Source: Dehalococcoidia bacterium (lineage in GTDB: Bacteria; Chloroflexota; Dehalococcoidia; Bin125). Taken from it: a stretch of DNA of 64,000 nucleotides. Shown piece after piece: positions 19,728 to 29,939 of the stretch. The stretch is taken from NCBI GenBank assembly GCA_022822855.1, contig JAJDYG010000040.1, positions 159,905 to 223,904 on the forward strand, written 5' to 3'. A program made the position numbers and the translations under genes. Below the pieces are notes generated by a model. It made no database searches, was not told the DNA's origin, and was given only the letters and a program-made list of their open reading frames with translations. Position 1 is the first letter of the stretch; every line of letters starts with the position of its first letter.

Positions 19728-22700
19728 ATGGGCGGCATTCTCAGTTCGTTCCCCACCGCGTTCCGGATCGCCGTGCGGCGACTGAACGGCAACCGCCGGC
19801 TGATGGCCGCCGTCGCCGTCGGCGTAATCCTCGCCGTGGCCCTGATGGCCTCCACGACGATCTATCGCAACGCGCTCCAGGACCTCGGCCTGCAGACCGA
19901 CCTGCGCCGCACCTCGGACGCCGAGCTCGATGTGCGCATCCTCAACGCCGCTCATGGCTTGTCCAGCGGTCTCGCCGAGGAATCGTTCGACGTCATCGAC
20001 CGCCGGCTCAGAATTCCCAGCCAGTACATCTCCGACACGAAGAAGTCGCTCACCTCAGCCACGTTCTTCATGACCGAGGTCGGCGGGATCCCACCCGACG
20101 AGGATCCCCGAGACCGGGCCCGCGTCCTCTGGTTCGAGGGCGTGCGAGAACATATCGAGCTGGTCGAGGGTCAGTGGCCGGATCCGGCCCCCGCCGCCAC
20201 GCCCGAGCAACCGCCGGTCGTCGACGTCGCCATCGGAACCGACGCCGCAGCCTCCGGCGGATTCACGATCGGCGAGACCCGCGACATCCACGCCTCCTGG
20301 CGCGACGACGCGGAGCCGATCCAGATCCGCGTCGTCGGTCTCGTTCGGCCAATCGACTACAACGACAGATATTGGGGCGTTCGCCGCGATCACTTCCATG
20401 TGCCGGTCGAGAAGACGGACGCCTTCGCCTTCTTCGCGCCCAGGTCCACGCTGATCGACTCGATGGCCGGCTACATGCCCGAGCTCCGCGCTCGCCTCGA
20501 GGTCTACGCCCAGGTCGATCGCTCGGCCTTCGTCGCTGACGAAGCCGGCCTCGCCGCCATTCGCTTCCGCGCCGCCTTCGAGGCAATCGCCAAAGAGATC
20601 GAACGCGCCAGGGTCGAGACCGAGATCGTCTCCGTGCTCAACGACTACGAGACCAAGGAGTTCTTTTCCTCCATCCCGCTGCTCGTGTTGACCTTGCAGA
20701 TCGTCGGCATCGTCCTCTTCTACCTCGTCCTCGTCTCGACCATGGTCGTCGAGCGTCAATCGGCCGAGGTCGCGCTGCTCAAGTCCCGCGGCGCAGGTCT
20801 CGGCCACATCATGTCGATCTCAACCATCGAAGGCTTACTCCTGGTCGCGCTGGCCCTGGGAGTCGGACCGATCGTCGCCCGCGAAGCGATCGCCTTCCTC
20901 GGTTATTCGCCCGCGTTCGAGGGGCTCACCGGCGGCGCGCGCCTCACGGTTGAACTGACCGCCGAGGTCTATATCTACGCCGCCATCGGAGCGGGGCTCA
21001 GCTTCATCGCCCTGATCTGGCCCGCCTGGCGATCCAACCGCGCCACCGTCGTTCATTACGCTCGCTCAACGTCGCGGCCCGAGGACAGGCCGGCCTTCCA
21101 GCGTTACTACCTCGACCTCGTCGTCGTCGGAGTCGGCGCGCTGCTCTTCTTCCAGTTGCAGGAATCGGGCTCGCTCGTCACCGAGGACCTGTTCGGCGGC
21201 CTGCAGCAAGACCCGCTGTTGCTCATCGCACCGGCCGTGTTCGTGGTCACCGTGGCCGTGCTCTTCTTGCGGCTCTTCCCGCTCCTGCTCTCCGCCTTCG
21301 GCGGCATCGCCCGAGTCCTTGGCGGCGCCTCGACCCAGATGGTGCTCTGGCACCTGACCCGCGCTCCGGTTCAACCCGGACGTCTGGCGCTGTTGCTGAT
21401 CATGGCCACCTCGCTCGGCATGTTCGGAGGAACCTTCGGGGCAACCCTGGACAAGTCCTTCGACGACCGCGCCTCCTATCAATCCGGCGCTGCCTTGCGC
21501 CTCGCCGACCTGCGCAGCAGCGGCGCTTCCGTCGCCATGCTCGAGGAGGACCTCGCCGAGGCCCCCGGGATCGGCGAGATCTCGTACGTCGTCCGACAGA
21601 ACGCGTCCTTCTCCCGCGGCGCTCTCGATGTCACCGATGCCACCGTGCTCGGCATCGACCCGCAGTCGTTCACCGATGTGCTCTGGTACCGCGAGGACTT
21701 CGCCCTCAACGACGTCCGCGAGTTGGTCAATCGAGCCACCGGGCCGGAATTTGAGGTTGAACAGATCGTCATCCCTGCCGACGCGACCTATGTCGGCATG
21801 TGGTTGTGGCTGCCCGATACCAGCGGCGTCATCGCGCCCAATCTGCGCATGCAGGACGGCCAGGGCCGCTACCGCGATGTCGCAATGCAGGGCCTGCCCA
21901 GGGGCCGCGGTTTCGGCGGAGCCGAGCTGCCCGAGGGTTGGCGATTCCTCTACGGCGACCTCTACGCAGGCGCTGGCGCGCCGCACCAGGGCCCATGGAC
22001 GCTCCAGGGCATTTCAATCCGCACCGGCGGCACCGCCAACTTCTCCGGCACCGTCGGCTATGACGCGATCCAGTACACGACGCAGTCCAGCCTGCCCGAG
22101 AACATCATTGAGGTCGGCTTCGACGACGGCGTCATCATCGAGAGCTTCGAACAACAGGGCCGATGGACCGTCTACACCGACACCTCCCGCGCCGGAGCTC
22201 TGCCGGACGACGCCCGCCTCTCGCCCGAGCAGGCCCGCGACGGCCAGTTCGGCATGCGCTACATCTGGAACCGCGATGTCCGTTCCGGCCTGCCTCGCGG
22301 CGTCCGGCTCGCCGGCCCGGACGCGCCGGTGCCCGTGGTCGTCAGCAAGGACTTCCTCGCCGAGGCCTCGCTCGACGAAGGCCAGACCGCCCTGCTGAGC
22401 ATGGCCAGCGTCTACGTGCCGATCAAGATCGTCGGCAGCTTCGACCTCTTCCCGACCTGGAACCCCGAGGATGCCCGCTCACTGATCATCGCCAATCGCG
22501 ACTACCTCTACTACCGCGTCAACCGCAATCCCGCCTCAATCGGCGCAGCCGCGCCCAACGAGGTCTGGATCCAGCCGTCCGACGACGACGGCCTGCGCCA
22601 GTTGCGCACATTCCTCGAGGTCACCCCGCCCTGGAAGCACGAGGCTTACGACGTCGACGCCATCCGCAACCTGCAGGACGAGGACCCGCTCGTCGCCGCC

Positions 22701-23126
22701 GGCTGGGAGGGCCTGCTCTTCCTCACCTTCATCGCAATTGTCCTCCTCGCGGCCTTGGGCTTCCTCGTCGCCTCGGTGCTCGTCGCCCAGCAACAGCAGG
22801 GCGAGTTCGCCGTGCTCAGAACGATGGGCTTCTCCCTGCCTCAGGTGTTGCTGGTCGTCGGGATCGAGAAAATCCTCATCATCGCCGTCTCGATGGCCCT
22901 CGGCACCGCGGTCGGACTGCAGCTCGGAACGATGATGCTGGAGTTCGTCGGATTCGTGGAAACCGGCGAGACCGTCCTGCCGCCCTTCGTCACCGTCACC
23001 GACTGGGCCACCATCGGCGGAGCCTACGGAGTCCTCGGCCTCGTCTTCCTCGGAGCCATCGCCGTCATCGTCGCCCTCTACATGAGAATGACCATCGGCC
23101 AGATCCTCCGAATCGGCGCCGACTGA
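19728..23126 (+). CDS. FtsX/MacB-type ABC transporter permease with two TM modules (1132 aa), paralog of 16139..19558
   Basis: ERQSAEVALLKSRGA and EFAVLRTMG motifs; LQ.VGI.LFY, RYYLDL, DPLL and LPPF...TDW are shared with the divergent gene. Confidence 0.88.
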   Translation: MGGILSSFPTAFRIAVRRLNGNRRLMAAVAVGVILAVALMASTTIYRNALQDLGLQTDLRRTSDAELDVRILNAAHGLSSGLAEESFDVIDRRLRIPSQYISDTKKSLTSATFFMTEVGGIPPDEDPRDRARVLWFEGVREHIELVEGQWPDPAPAATPEQPPVVDVAIGTDAAASGGFTIGETRDIHASWRDDAEPIQIRVVGLVRPIDYNDRYWGVRRDHFHVPVEKTDAFAFFAPRSTLIDSMAGYMPELRARLEVYAQVDRSAFVADEAGLAAIRFRAAFEAIAKEIERARVETEIVSVLNDYETKEFFSSIPLLVLTLQIVGIVLFYLVLVSTMVVERQSAEVALLKSRGAGLGHIMSISTIEGLLLVALALGVGPIVAREAIAFLGYSPAFEGLTGGARLTVELTAEVYIYAAIGAGLSFIALIWPAWRSNRATVVHYARSTSRPEDRPAFQRYYLDLVVVGVGALLFFQLQESGSLVTEDLFGGLQQDPLLLIAPAVFVVTVAVLFLRLFPLLLSAFGGIARVLGGASTQMVLWHLTRAPVQPGRLALLLIMATSLGMFGGTFGATLDKSFDDRASYQSGAALRLADLRSSGASVAMLEEDLAEAPGIGEISYVVRQNASFSRGALDVTDATVLGIDPQSFTDVLWYREDFALNDVRELVNRATGPEFEVEQIVIPADATYVGMWLWLPDTSGVIAPNLRMQDGQGRYRDVAMQGLPRGRGFGGAELPEGWRFLYGDLYAGAGAPHQGPWTLQGISIRTGGTANFSGTVGYDAIQYTTQSSLPENIIEVGFDDGVIIESFEQQGRWTVYTDTSRAGALPDDARLSPEQARDGQFGMRYIWNRDVRSGLPRGVRLAGPDAPVPVVVSKDFLAEASLDEGQTALLSMASVYVPIKIVGSFDLFPTWNPEDARSLIIANRDYLYYRVNRNPASIGAAAPNEVWIQPSDDDGLRQLRTFLEVTPPWKHEAYDVDAIRNLQDEDPLVAAGWEGLLFLTFIAIVLLAALGFLVASVLVAQQQQGEFAVLRTMGFSLPQVLLVVGIEKILIIAVSMALGTAVGLQLGTMMLEFVGFVETGETVLPPFVTVTDWATIGGAYGVLGLVFLGAIAVIVALYMRMTIGQILRIGAD

Positions 23127-23136
23127 CCAACCTCCG

Positions 23137-23481
23137 CCCAGCTTCCCCTTCGCCCCGCGCCCCCACGCCGGGCCCAGCTTCCCCGTCGCCCCGTGCTTGA
23201 CACGGGGCCCAGAGCACCCAATGTCATGCGCGAGATGACCTTGGCCTCACCTCGATGCTCGCACGGAAGTCCCCTCGCCCCACCGTCAAGCTAGGAAGGA
23301 AGGCGTTGTTCCTCGCAACCGATCGATGCCCCGTGCTTGCCTGCCCCGCACTTGATGCGGGGACACGGGGCCCAGAGCACCCAAGGTCATGCGCGAACCG
23401 AAGTTGGCCTCACCTCGACGCTCCCGCGCGTAAGTCCCCCTTCCACAGTTGAGCCAGGGACGAAGGCATCGCTCCTCGCAA
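23137..23481. repeat. Degenerate tandem repeat: two ~130-bp units (23189-23318, 23329-23481) plus a 24-bp duplication (23137-23160, 23173-23196)
   Basis: Both units start CCCCGTGCTTG..ACACGGGGCCCAGAGCACCCAA.GTCATGCGCGA and end GAAGGC...TCCTCGCAA; the second unit carries a 22-bp insert. Confidence 0.85.
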
Positions 23482-23537
23482 GCGTCAGGGGGCTGAGGCG
23501 GTCGATCGCCCCATCGGCGCCAGCTTGATCTGAAGAG

Positions 23538-23577
23538 CTCCCCCTCTGGGGGAGCTGTCGCGGTGCGACTGAGGGGG
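23538..23577. repeat. REP-like double hairpin
   Basis: CTCCCCCTCTGGGGGAGCTGTCGCGGTGCGACTGAGGGGG, same family as the 15655 and 47754 copies. Confidence 0.75.
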
Positions 23578-23671
23578 CCCGCCTCCCAACACCTGCTCGT
23601 CGTACCCGTGGTTGCCACGGGTATCCCGATGTGGTTCCCAAAAGTCCAACAGTCCAAGACTCCGCCAACGA

Positions 23672-25123
23672 CTACCCGCCGCCCCCGCCACCACCACCAC
23701 CAGCCCCGCCGCCGCCAGCACCCAGCCGCTCCTCCGCCACACTCTGCTGAGGCGCAGGACGCGCCGCGAGATCGAGCGGCCCAATCGCTGCGCTCACAGT
23801 CGCCGCCGCCGTCCGCACCACCTCCTGCGCCATCCGCCGACCCTCCTGCACAATCTCACCGTTGCGAATCACCGACCGGATCCGCGGCAGCACCAGCGCA
23901 ATGATCATGATCGCCGCGAAGATGAAGCCCGGACCGATCAACAACGGACGAATACTGATGTAGTCCGCCGCCAACCCGTTCGCCAGGATCATCACGGCCA
24001 TGATCCCACCGGCGAACATCGCGTACAGCGACATCACCCGGCCACGCACCGAGTCCGGCACCACCGCCTGGATCATCGCGCTGGTCAGCGCCATGAACAT
24101 CGCCTGGCTCGCGCCCGCGATCACACCACCGATCATCGCCATCAACAGCGAATCCGCGAACCCGACCCACACGAGCGACAGCCCCGAGAACACTCCCGTC
24201 ACCATGAACACCCGGCCGCGCACCCTGCCCATCGGCAGCATCGACAGCACAATCGTCGAGGCCAGCGCGCCGCCTCCGATCGCCATCAGCATGTAGCCGT
24301 ACTCCGACTGCCCCCCGCCCAGGATCAGGTCCGCGTACGCCGGCAGCAGCGAGAAGTCGAACGCCATCGTGAACATGCAGTGCAGCGAGACCATGATGAT
24401 CATCAGCCGCACCGACCGTGCTCTGCCCAGGTAGCGCAGCCCTTCCCGCATGTGCCCGGCGGTGTCGCGCATCAACCCGCTCGTGTGACCCTGGATCCCG
24501 CCCGTCGAGCGCGTCGTCATCCGGGTCATCTGCAGAATCGACAGCAGCAACAACAGGGCGGCCGCGGCGAACACCCACTCGGGACCGAACGCCTTGATGA
24601 TCGGCCCGGCCACCGGACCGATCACCTTCGACCCGAATTGCATCATCGAGGCCATCGTGATCGCGCTCAGCAGCGCGTGCATCTTCACCGTGTTTGGCAG
24701 CAGCGCCTGCTGCGACGGCATCTCGCCAGAGCGAATGATCCCCGACACCAGCGTGATCAGGACCAGGTTCCACATCTCGATCAGACCGGTGAACGCCAGG
24801 ATCGCTAGCGCCACGGCCGTCAAGGCCGCGCCGAATCGACAGACGATCACGATCTTGGCCCGATCAAAGCGGTCCGCCAGCGCCCCGCCGATCGGGGCCA
24901 GCACCCACGGGCCAATCGCCGCAAACGTGACAATCCCCGTCCCCGACGGGTTGCCCGTCAGCTCATACCCCAGCCAGCCGCGAGCCGTGATCATCGCCCA
25001 CAGCGAGATCGCAGACAGCCCCGCCGCGTAGAACATCCGGCGGTACTCGAGGTACTCCATCGCCGGGAAGACGCGCAACAGGAACCCCGGCGGCTTGCTC
25101 CCGACGTCAACCCGTTGACTCAT
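23672..25123 (-). CDS. MFS transporter (DHA3/macrolide-efflux-like, 12 TM)
   Basis: GGALADRFDR motif A, DSVRGRVMS, about 12 hydrophobic segments. Confidence 0.92.
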   Translation of the reverse strand: MSQRVDVGSKPPGFLLRVFPAMEYLEYRRMFYAAGLSAISLWAMITARGWLGYELTGNPSGTGIVTFAAIGPWVLAPIGGALADRFDRAKIVIVCRFGAALTAVALAILAFTGLIEMWNLVLITLVSGIIRSGEMPSQQALLPNTVKMHALLSAITMASMMQFGSKVIGPVAGPIIKAFGPEWVFAAAALLLLLSILQMTRMTTRSTGGIQGHTSGLMRDTAGHMREGLRYLGRARSVRLMIIMVSLHCMFTMAFDFSLLPAYADLILGGGQSEYGYMLMAIGGGALASTIVLSMLPMGRVRGRVFMVTGVFSGLSLVWVGFADSLLMAMIGGVIAGASQAMFMALTSAMIQAVVPDSVRGRVMSLYAMFAGGIMAVMILANGLAADYISIRPLLIGPGFIFAAIMIIALVLPRIRSVIRNGEIVQEGRRMAQEVVRTAAATVSAAIGPLDLAARPAPQQSVAEERLGAGGGGAGGGGGGGGG

Positions 25124-25229
25124 CCGCTACCGCCTGTATCCATCCAACTCTTGCATCCTAACTGCTCCACGCCTGTAGTTCCTGATAGCGTGAGAACATA
25201 AGTGTCAGTCAGCCTGTTAGGAGCAACCC

Positions 25230-25466
25230 ATGAACCCCCTGCCCGCCTCGGCGCCGTCCCTGCCGCCAACCAACCAGAACCACTTCACACCCCAATTGCT
25301 GCCCCAACTGGTGATCGCCAAGCTCACCGACCTGCTCGATGGAACACCCGCCTACGTCCAACACTCAGCCCGGTCGCTGCTCGATCGGATCAAGAGCGCA
25401 TCGTCCCTCGACGCCGAACCGACCCCCGAAGAAGCCAACACCGAAGAGGAGGAAGAACCGCTCTAA
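25230..25466 (+). CDS. Small hypothetical protein with acidic tail (78 aa)
   Basis: AGGAG RBS 6-7 nt before ATG; helical core LTDLLDGTPAYVQHSARSLLDRI. Confidence 0.6.
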   Translation: MNPLPASAPSLPPTNQNHFTPQLLPQLVIAKLTDLLDGTPAYVQHSARSLLDRIKSASSLDAEPTPEEANTEEEEEPL

Positions 25467-25625
25467 TCCCCGTCTCGCTTCTCTTTTTTTCGCCGTTGTT
25501 TTTTTCCAGCGGCCGGAATCCCCGAAAACACCGCCGACCTCACCGGCGGCCTTGTCGTGTCTGTCACAACCAACACCGCAGCTACGCTAGGCAGGAAACA
25601 AGCAGATCCGGATCAGGCAAGACAC

Positions 25626-27320
25626 ATGACCTCGCAAGACCACCCCAATAACAACCTCCGCGAACGATCCAGCGTCCTCGTCGACGGCCCCAACCGCGCC
25701 GCCGCACGCTCACAGCTCTACTCCGTCGGCTACGACGACGAAGCCCTCTCCAAACCCCTGGTCATGGTTGCCCACAACTGGATCGGCACCATGCCCTGCA
25801 ACTTCTCCCACCGCGAACTCGCCCAGGACGTCATGCGCGGCATCCGCGAGGCTGGCGGCACTCCGATGGAGGTCAATACCGTCTCCATCTCCGACGGCAT
25901 CACCATGGGCACCGAGGGCATGAAAGCTTCGCTCATCTCCCGCGAGATCATCACCGACTCGATCGAACTCTGCGCCGTCGGCTACGCCTTCGACGCCGCC
26001 GTCGTCATCTGCGGCTGCGACAAGACCATCCCCGCCGCCGCCATGGCCATGGCCCGGATCAACATCCCCTCGGTCGCGCTCTACTCCGGCTCCATCGCCC
26101 CCGGACGCCACCACGACGGCCGCGACCTCACCATCCAGGACGTCTTCGAGGCCGTCGGCCAGCACTCCGCCGGCACGATCGACGACGACGAACTCCACCA
26201 GGTCGCCCTAAACGCCTGCCCCGGCGCTGGGGCCTGCGGCGCCCAATACACCGCCAACACCATGGCCACCACGCTCGAGTTCCTCGGCCTCTCGCCGATG
26301 GGCTCGGCCACCGTCGGCGCCACCGACCCGCGCAAACACAACGTCGGCGAAGCCGCCGGACAGCTCGTCATGGACGTCCTTCGCCGCGGCGTCATGCCCC
26401 GCGACATCCTCACCCGCGAAGCGTTCGAGAACGGCATCGCCTGCGCCGCCTCCACCGGCGGCTCGACCAACGTCGTCCTGCACCTCCTCGCCCTCGCCCG
26501 CGAGGCCGGCGTCGAGCTCAGCATCGACGATTTCGATGAGATCTCGGAACGCACCCCGTTGATCGGGGACCTTCGCCCCGGCGGACGCTACGTCGCTCTC
26601 GACATGGACCGTGCCGGCGGCACGCCGCTGCTGGCCAAACGCCTGCTCGAAGGCGGCAAGCTCCACGGCGACGCGCAGACTGTCACCGGGCAGACCATCG
26701 CCGAAGCAGCCGCCGACGCGCAGGAGACGCCCGGCCAGGACGTCATCCTGCCCGTCGACCAGGCCCTCAAGGACACCGGCGGACTCGTCATCCTCAAGGG
26801 CTCGCTCGCTCCGGACGGCTGCGTCGTCAAGGTCGCCGGTTACGAGCGCCAGCTCCAGACCGGCCCCGCCCGCGTCTTCGAACGCGAGGAAGACGCCATG
26901 GACGCTGTTACCCACAACCGGATCAACGCCGGCGATATCGTCGTCATCCGCTACGAGGGTCCCAAGGGAGGCCCGGGCATGCGCGAGATGCTCGGAGTCA
27001 CCGCCGCCATCGTCGGAGCAGGCCTCGGAGAATCCGTCGCCCTGCTCACCGACGGCCGCTTCAGCGGAGCCACCCGAGGCCTCATGGCCGGCCACGTCGC
27101 CCCCGAGGCTTACGTCGGAGGCCCCATCGCCCTCGTCGAAGAGGGAGACCAGATCACCCTCGACATCGCCAACCGCCAACTCAACCTCGACGTCGACGAA
27201 GCCGAGCTCGCCCGCCGCCGAGCCAACTGGCAACCGCCCGCCCCCAACTACGCCAACGGAGTCTTCGCCAAGTACGCCACCCTCGTCTCTGGAGCCGAGC
27301 GCGGCGCAGTCACAAGCTAG
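25626..27320 (+). CDS. ilvD: Dihydroxy-acid dehydratase
   Basis: [48 protein letters not shown] motifs. Confidence 0.96.
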   Translation: MTSQDHPNNNLRERSSVLVDGPNRAAARSQLYSVGYDDEALSKPLVMVAHNWIGTMPCNFSHRELAQDVMRGIREAGGTPMEVNTVSISDGITMGTEGMKASLISREIITDSIELCAVGYAFDAAVVICGCDKTIPAAAMAMARINIPSVALYSGSIAPGRHHDGRDLTIQDVFEAVGQHSAGTIDDDELHQVALNACPGAGACGAQYTANTMATTLEFLGLSPMGSATVGATDPRKHNVGEAAGQLVMDVLRRGVMPRDILTREAFENGIACAASTGGSTNVVLHLLALAREAGVELSIDDFDEISERTPLIGDLRPGGRYVALDMDRAGGTPLLAKRLLEGGKLHGDAQTVTGQTIAEAAADAQETPGQDVILPVDQALKDTGGLVILKGSLAPDGCVVKVAGYERQLQTGPARVFEREEDAMDAVTHNRINAGDIVVIRYEGPKGGPGMREMLGVTAAIVGAGLGESVALLTDGRFSGATRGLMAGHVAPEAYVGGPIALVEEGDQITLDIANRQLNLDVDEAELARRRANWQPPAPNYANGVFAKYATLVSGAERGAVTS

Positions 27321-27334
27321 CTACCCTCCCCGCC

Positions 27335-28126
27335 ATGACCCGACTACAAATCGCCCCGGACCTCTCCCTCGATCTCGCCGATCAAGGCGACGGCCCGCTC
27401 GTCATCCTCATCGCCGGCGGCATGATGGACATGGACCAGTGGGCGCCCGTCTCCGACGCTCTGCCGGATACCTACCGCGTCGTCCGCTACGACCAGCGCG
27501 GGATCGGCGAGTCCGACCAGCCAACCGAGGGCTACACGGTCGACCAGTTCGCCGAGGATGCCGTCAACCTGATCAAGACCCTCGACGCAGGCCCCGCCGT
27601 CCTGATCGGCAACTCCCTGGGCGGGACCGTCGCAATGGGCGCCGCCTTCCTCGCCCCCGAGCTCGTGCGAGGCATCGTCACCTGCGCCACCTCCGCAGGC
27701 CCGACCGGACCGCCAACGCCGCCCGAGACCATGCAGTACATGATGCGCGGAGCCCAACTCCCGGTCCCCCAGGCCGCCGCCGCGATGATGGACATCCTCT
27801 TCGCCACCGACTTCATCGACGAGCACCCTGACATGCTCGACAACGCCGTCGAAAAGCGAAGCAAGGGAGCGCCGATGATCGCCACCCTCGGCCCGCTCCA
27901 GTCCGCACTGATCTTCGACCCGATCGAACGCCTCAAGGCGCTCGGCATCCCTATGCTCGTCCTGCACGGAGAGGAAGACGTCCTCGTCCTCCCCGACCAC
28001 GCCCAACTCCTCGCCGACGCCGCCGGGACCACCGCCCAGCTAATCCCCAACGCCGGCCACGCCCTCGTCGTCGAGCAATCGGATGCCGTCGCCGAAGCCC
28101 TGACCACGTTCCTCACCGATCTCTAG
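27335..28126 (+). CDS. Alpha/beta hydrolase
   Basis: YDQRGIGES, GNSLGG nucleophile elbow, HGEED, AGH. Confidence 0.9.
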   Translation: MTRLQIAPDLSLDLADQGDGPLVILIAGGMMDMDQWAPVSDALPDTYRVVRYDQRGIGESDQPTEGYTVDQFAEDAVNLIKTLDAGPAVLIGNSLGGTVAMGAAFLAPELVRGIVTCATSAGPTGPPTPPETMQYMMRGAQLPVPQAAAAMMDILFATDFIDEHPDMLDNAVEKRSKGAPMIATLGPLQSALIFDPIERLKALGIPMLVLHGEEDVLVLPDHAQLLADAAGTTAQLIPNAGHALVVEQSDAVAEALTTFLTDL

Positions 28127-28133
28127 CTTCCCT

Positions 28134-28178
28134 TCTCCCCCCGCGCAAGCGGGGGGAGATGCCGAAGGCAGAGGGGGG
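28134..28178. repeat. REP-like double hairpin between convergent genes
   Basis: CTCCCCCCGCGCAAGCGGGGGGAGATGCCGAAGGCAGAGGGGG. Confidence 0.78.
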
Positions 28179-28216
28179 CAACGGTCAGTTGATCAGCGGC
28201 TGTCCTTAGCTCCTCG

Positions 28217-29599
28217 CTACACCTCAAGCTCCGGACGCTGCAGAATCCAGTCCGTCGACTGCTCATACGCATGAGCCACCCGACAGACCGTCGCCTCGTC
28301 GAAGTGCCGACCACCGATCATCAGGCCAATCGGCATCCCGTTGCGGTCATACCCGCAGGGAATCGAGATCGCCGGAATCCCGGTCACGTCGTACGGAGCC
28401 GTCAGCCGTGCCAGCTCCGCCGTCGGATCGCCATCCTCGATCAGCGGCGCCGTCCTTGAGCAGGTCGGCGAGATCAGCACATCCACGTCCTGCAGCACCT
28501 CGACTGTTTCGTCGATGAACTTGCGGCGCAGCCGCTGGTCGTTGATGTAATCCACCGCCGTGACTGAAAGACCGGCTTCCACCCGCTCGAGGATGTCGCC
28601 GTACTCATCCCGCCGCTCTTGCAGCCACTTGGCGTGATAGGCCGCTGCCTCGGCGATGATCGTCAACCCCCGCGGACGATCGGTCTGCAGCGGCATCTCG
28701 ACCTCCGTCACGGTCGCGCCCATGCTGCGCAGGTGATCGACCGCAATCTCGCAGTGCTCGACCACGTCCTCCTCGCAGCCCTGCCAGAGCATCTTGCGCG
28801 GAATCCCGATCCGAATCCCGTCCACGCCTTCAACCAGCGTCTCTGTGCAATCCCCGACCGGTACATCGGCGCTGCCCGGATCGTGCGGGTCGTACCCCGC
28901 GATCGCATTCAACACCAGTCCCGCGTCCTCCACCGTCTTGGTCAACGGACCGACATGGTCCAGCGTCCACGACAGCGGCAGCACGCCCCGTCGCGACACC
29001 CGACCGTACGTCCCCATCAGCCCGGTCACGCCGCACAGGCTGGCCGGAATCCGGATGCTGCCGCCGGTGTCCGATCCCAGCGCGCCCAGAGACGAGCCCA
29101 CCGCAACCGACGCGCCCGAACCCCCGCTGCTCCCACCCGGCGTCTTCGTCACATTCCACGGATTGCACACAGCGCCGTAGTGCGGATTCCGGCTCGTCGT
29201 CCCAAAGGCAAACTCGTGCAGGTTGAGCTTGCCCGGCATCACCGCGCCGGCTTCCTGGAGCTTGGTGTAGACCACCGCGTCCGTGTCCGGAATACGGTCT
29301 CGAAGGAAGCCGCCGCCACCGGTCGTCGCGATCCCGGCCGTGTCGACCAGGTCCTTCAGCGCAACGGGAATCCCGTGCAGCGGACCCAAATCCCGCCCGT
29401 CCCGCATGGCGTGGTCCGCCACCGACGCCTGCTCGCGCGCCAGGTCGGCCGTCACCGTGATGTACGCGTTCAACAACGGCTCCGTCGCATCCACACGCGA
29501 CAGCACCGACTCGGTCAGCTCGACCGCAGTCAGAGAACCGTCCCGCAACGCCGCACCGGCCTCAACGATGGAAAGTTCGTGCGCCTCGCGATGATCCAT
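28217..29599 (-). CDS. Amidase-signature family enzyme (GatA/AtzE-like)
   Basis: HGIPVALKD, GKLNLHEFA, PGGSSGGS, GSDTGGSIRIPA; GGAGG RBS before ATG at 29599. Confidence 0.93.
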   Translation of the reverse strand: MDHREAHELSIVEAGAALRDGSLTAVELTESVLSRVDATEPLLNAYITVTADLAREQASVADHAMRDGRDLGPLHGIPVALKDLVDTAGIATTGGGGFLRDRIPDTDAVVYTKLQEAGAVMPGKLNLHEFAFGTTSRNPHYGAVCNPWNVTKTPGGSSGGSGASVAVGSSLGALGSDTGGSIRIPASLCGVTGLMGTYGRVSRRGVLPLSWTLDHVGPLTKTVEDAGLVLNAIAGYDPHDPGSADVPVGDCTETLVEGVDGIRIGIPRKMLWQGCEEDVVEHCEIAVDHLRSMGATVTEVEMPLQTDRPRGLTIIAEAAAYHAKWLQERRDEYGDILERVEAGLSVTAVDYINDQRLRRKFIDETVEVLQDVDVLISPTCSRTAPLIEDGDPTAELARLTAPYDVTGIPAISIPCGYDRNGMPIGLMIGGRHFDEATVCRVAHAYEQSTDWILQRPELEV

Positions 29600-29600
29600 C

Positions 29601-29813
29601 TCAGTCCTCCACTCCACCGCGCAGATCGCCAACGTCATAACGCAGCCCATAAGCGGGCTCGGTCTCCCCAAGGTCCGGCAGTGGTTCACTGCTCAGCGCG
29701 TTCTTCAGCGTGCGAGTCACGATCGGCAGCGCCCGCTCCAGCTCCGCCCCTGAGGCGGAAGCGCCAAGTGACGCCGCCAATGCCCCCAGCGCCTCCAGTG
29801 GTGAATCAGCCAT
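29601..29813 (-). CDS. Small GatC/AtzG-like amidase partner (70 aa)
   Basis: MADSPLEALGALAASLG...LPDLGETEPAYGL; GAGGAG RBS; stop codon abuts the amidase start. Confidence 0.6.
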   Translation of the reverse strand: MADSPLEALGALAASLGASASGAELERALPIVTRTLKNALSSEPLPDLGETEPAYGLRYDVGDLRGGVED

Positions 29814-29939
29814 GCCCACTCCTCTCCCAGTCCATGCGTCAGCCCGGTTTGGCCTCGATGATACGAGTGCTGCCCCTATCCTGCCTGCATCCGACCGGTA
29901 TGCATGCCCAACCCAAGAATGCTCTGAGGAGTTCCCCGA

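Noticed and set aside
23137-23481. Possible CRISPR array
   Set aside because: Only two units, the inter-repeat sequences are homologous to each other rather than unique spacers, and there are no cas genes.
23672-23710. Poly-Gly tail of the MFS protein as a special domain
   Set aside because: Low-complexity end with no supporting motif.
25467-25625. Ile/Leu/Val attenuator or T-box before ilvD
   Set aside because: No leader peptide rich in branched-chain codons and no T-box consensus; the T-runs more likely belong to the 3' flank of the upstream small gene.
28217-29599. Naming the amidase gatA
   Set aside because: No gatB nearby, and the catabolic context fits a general amidase.
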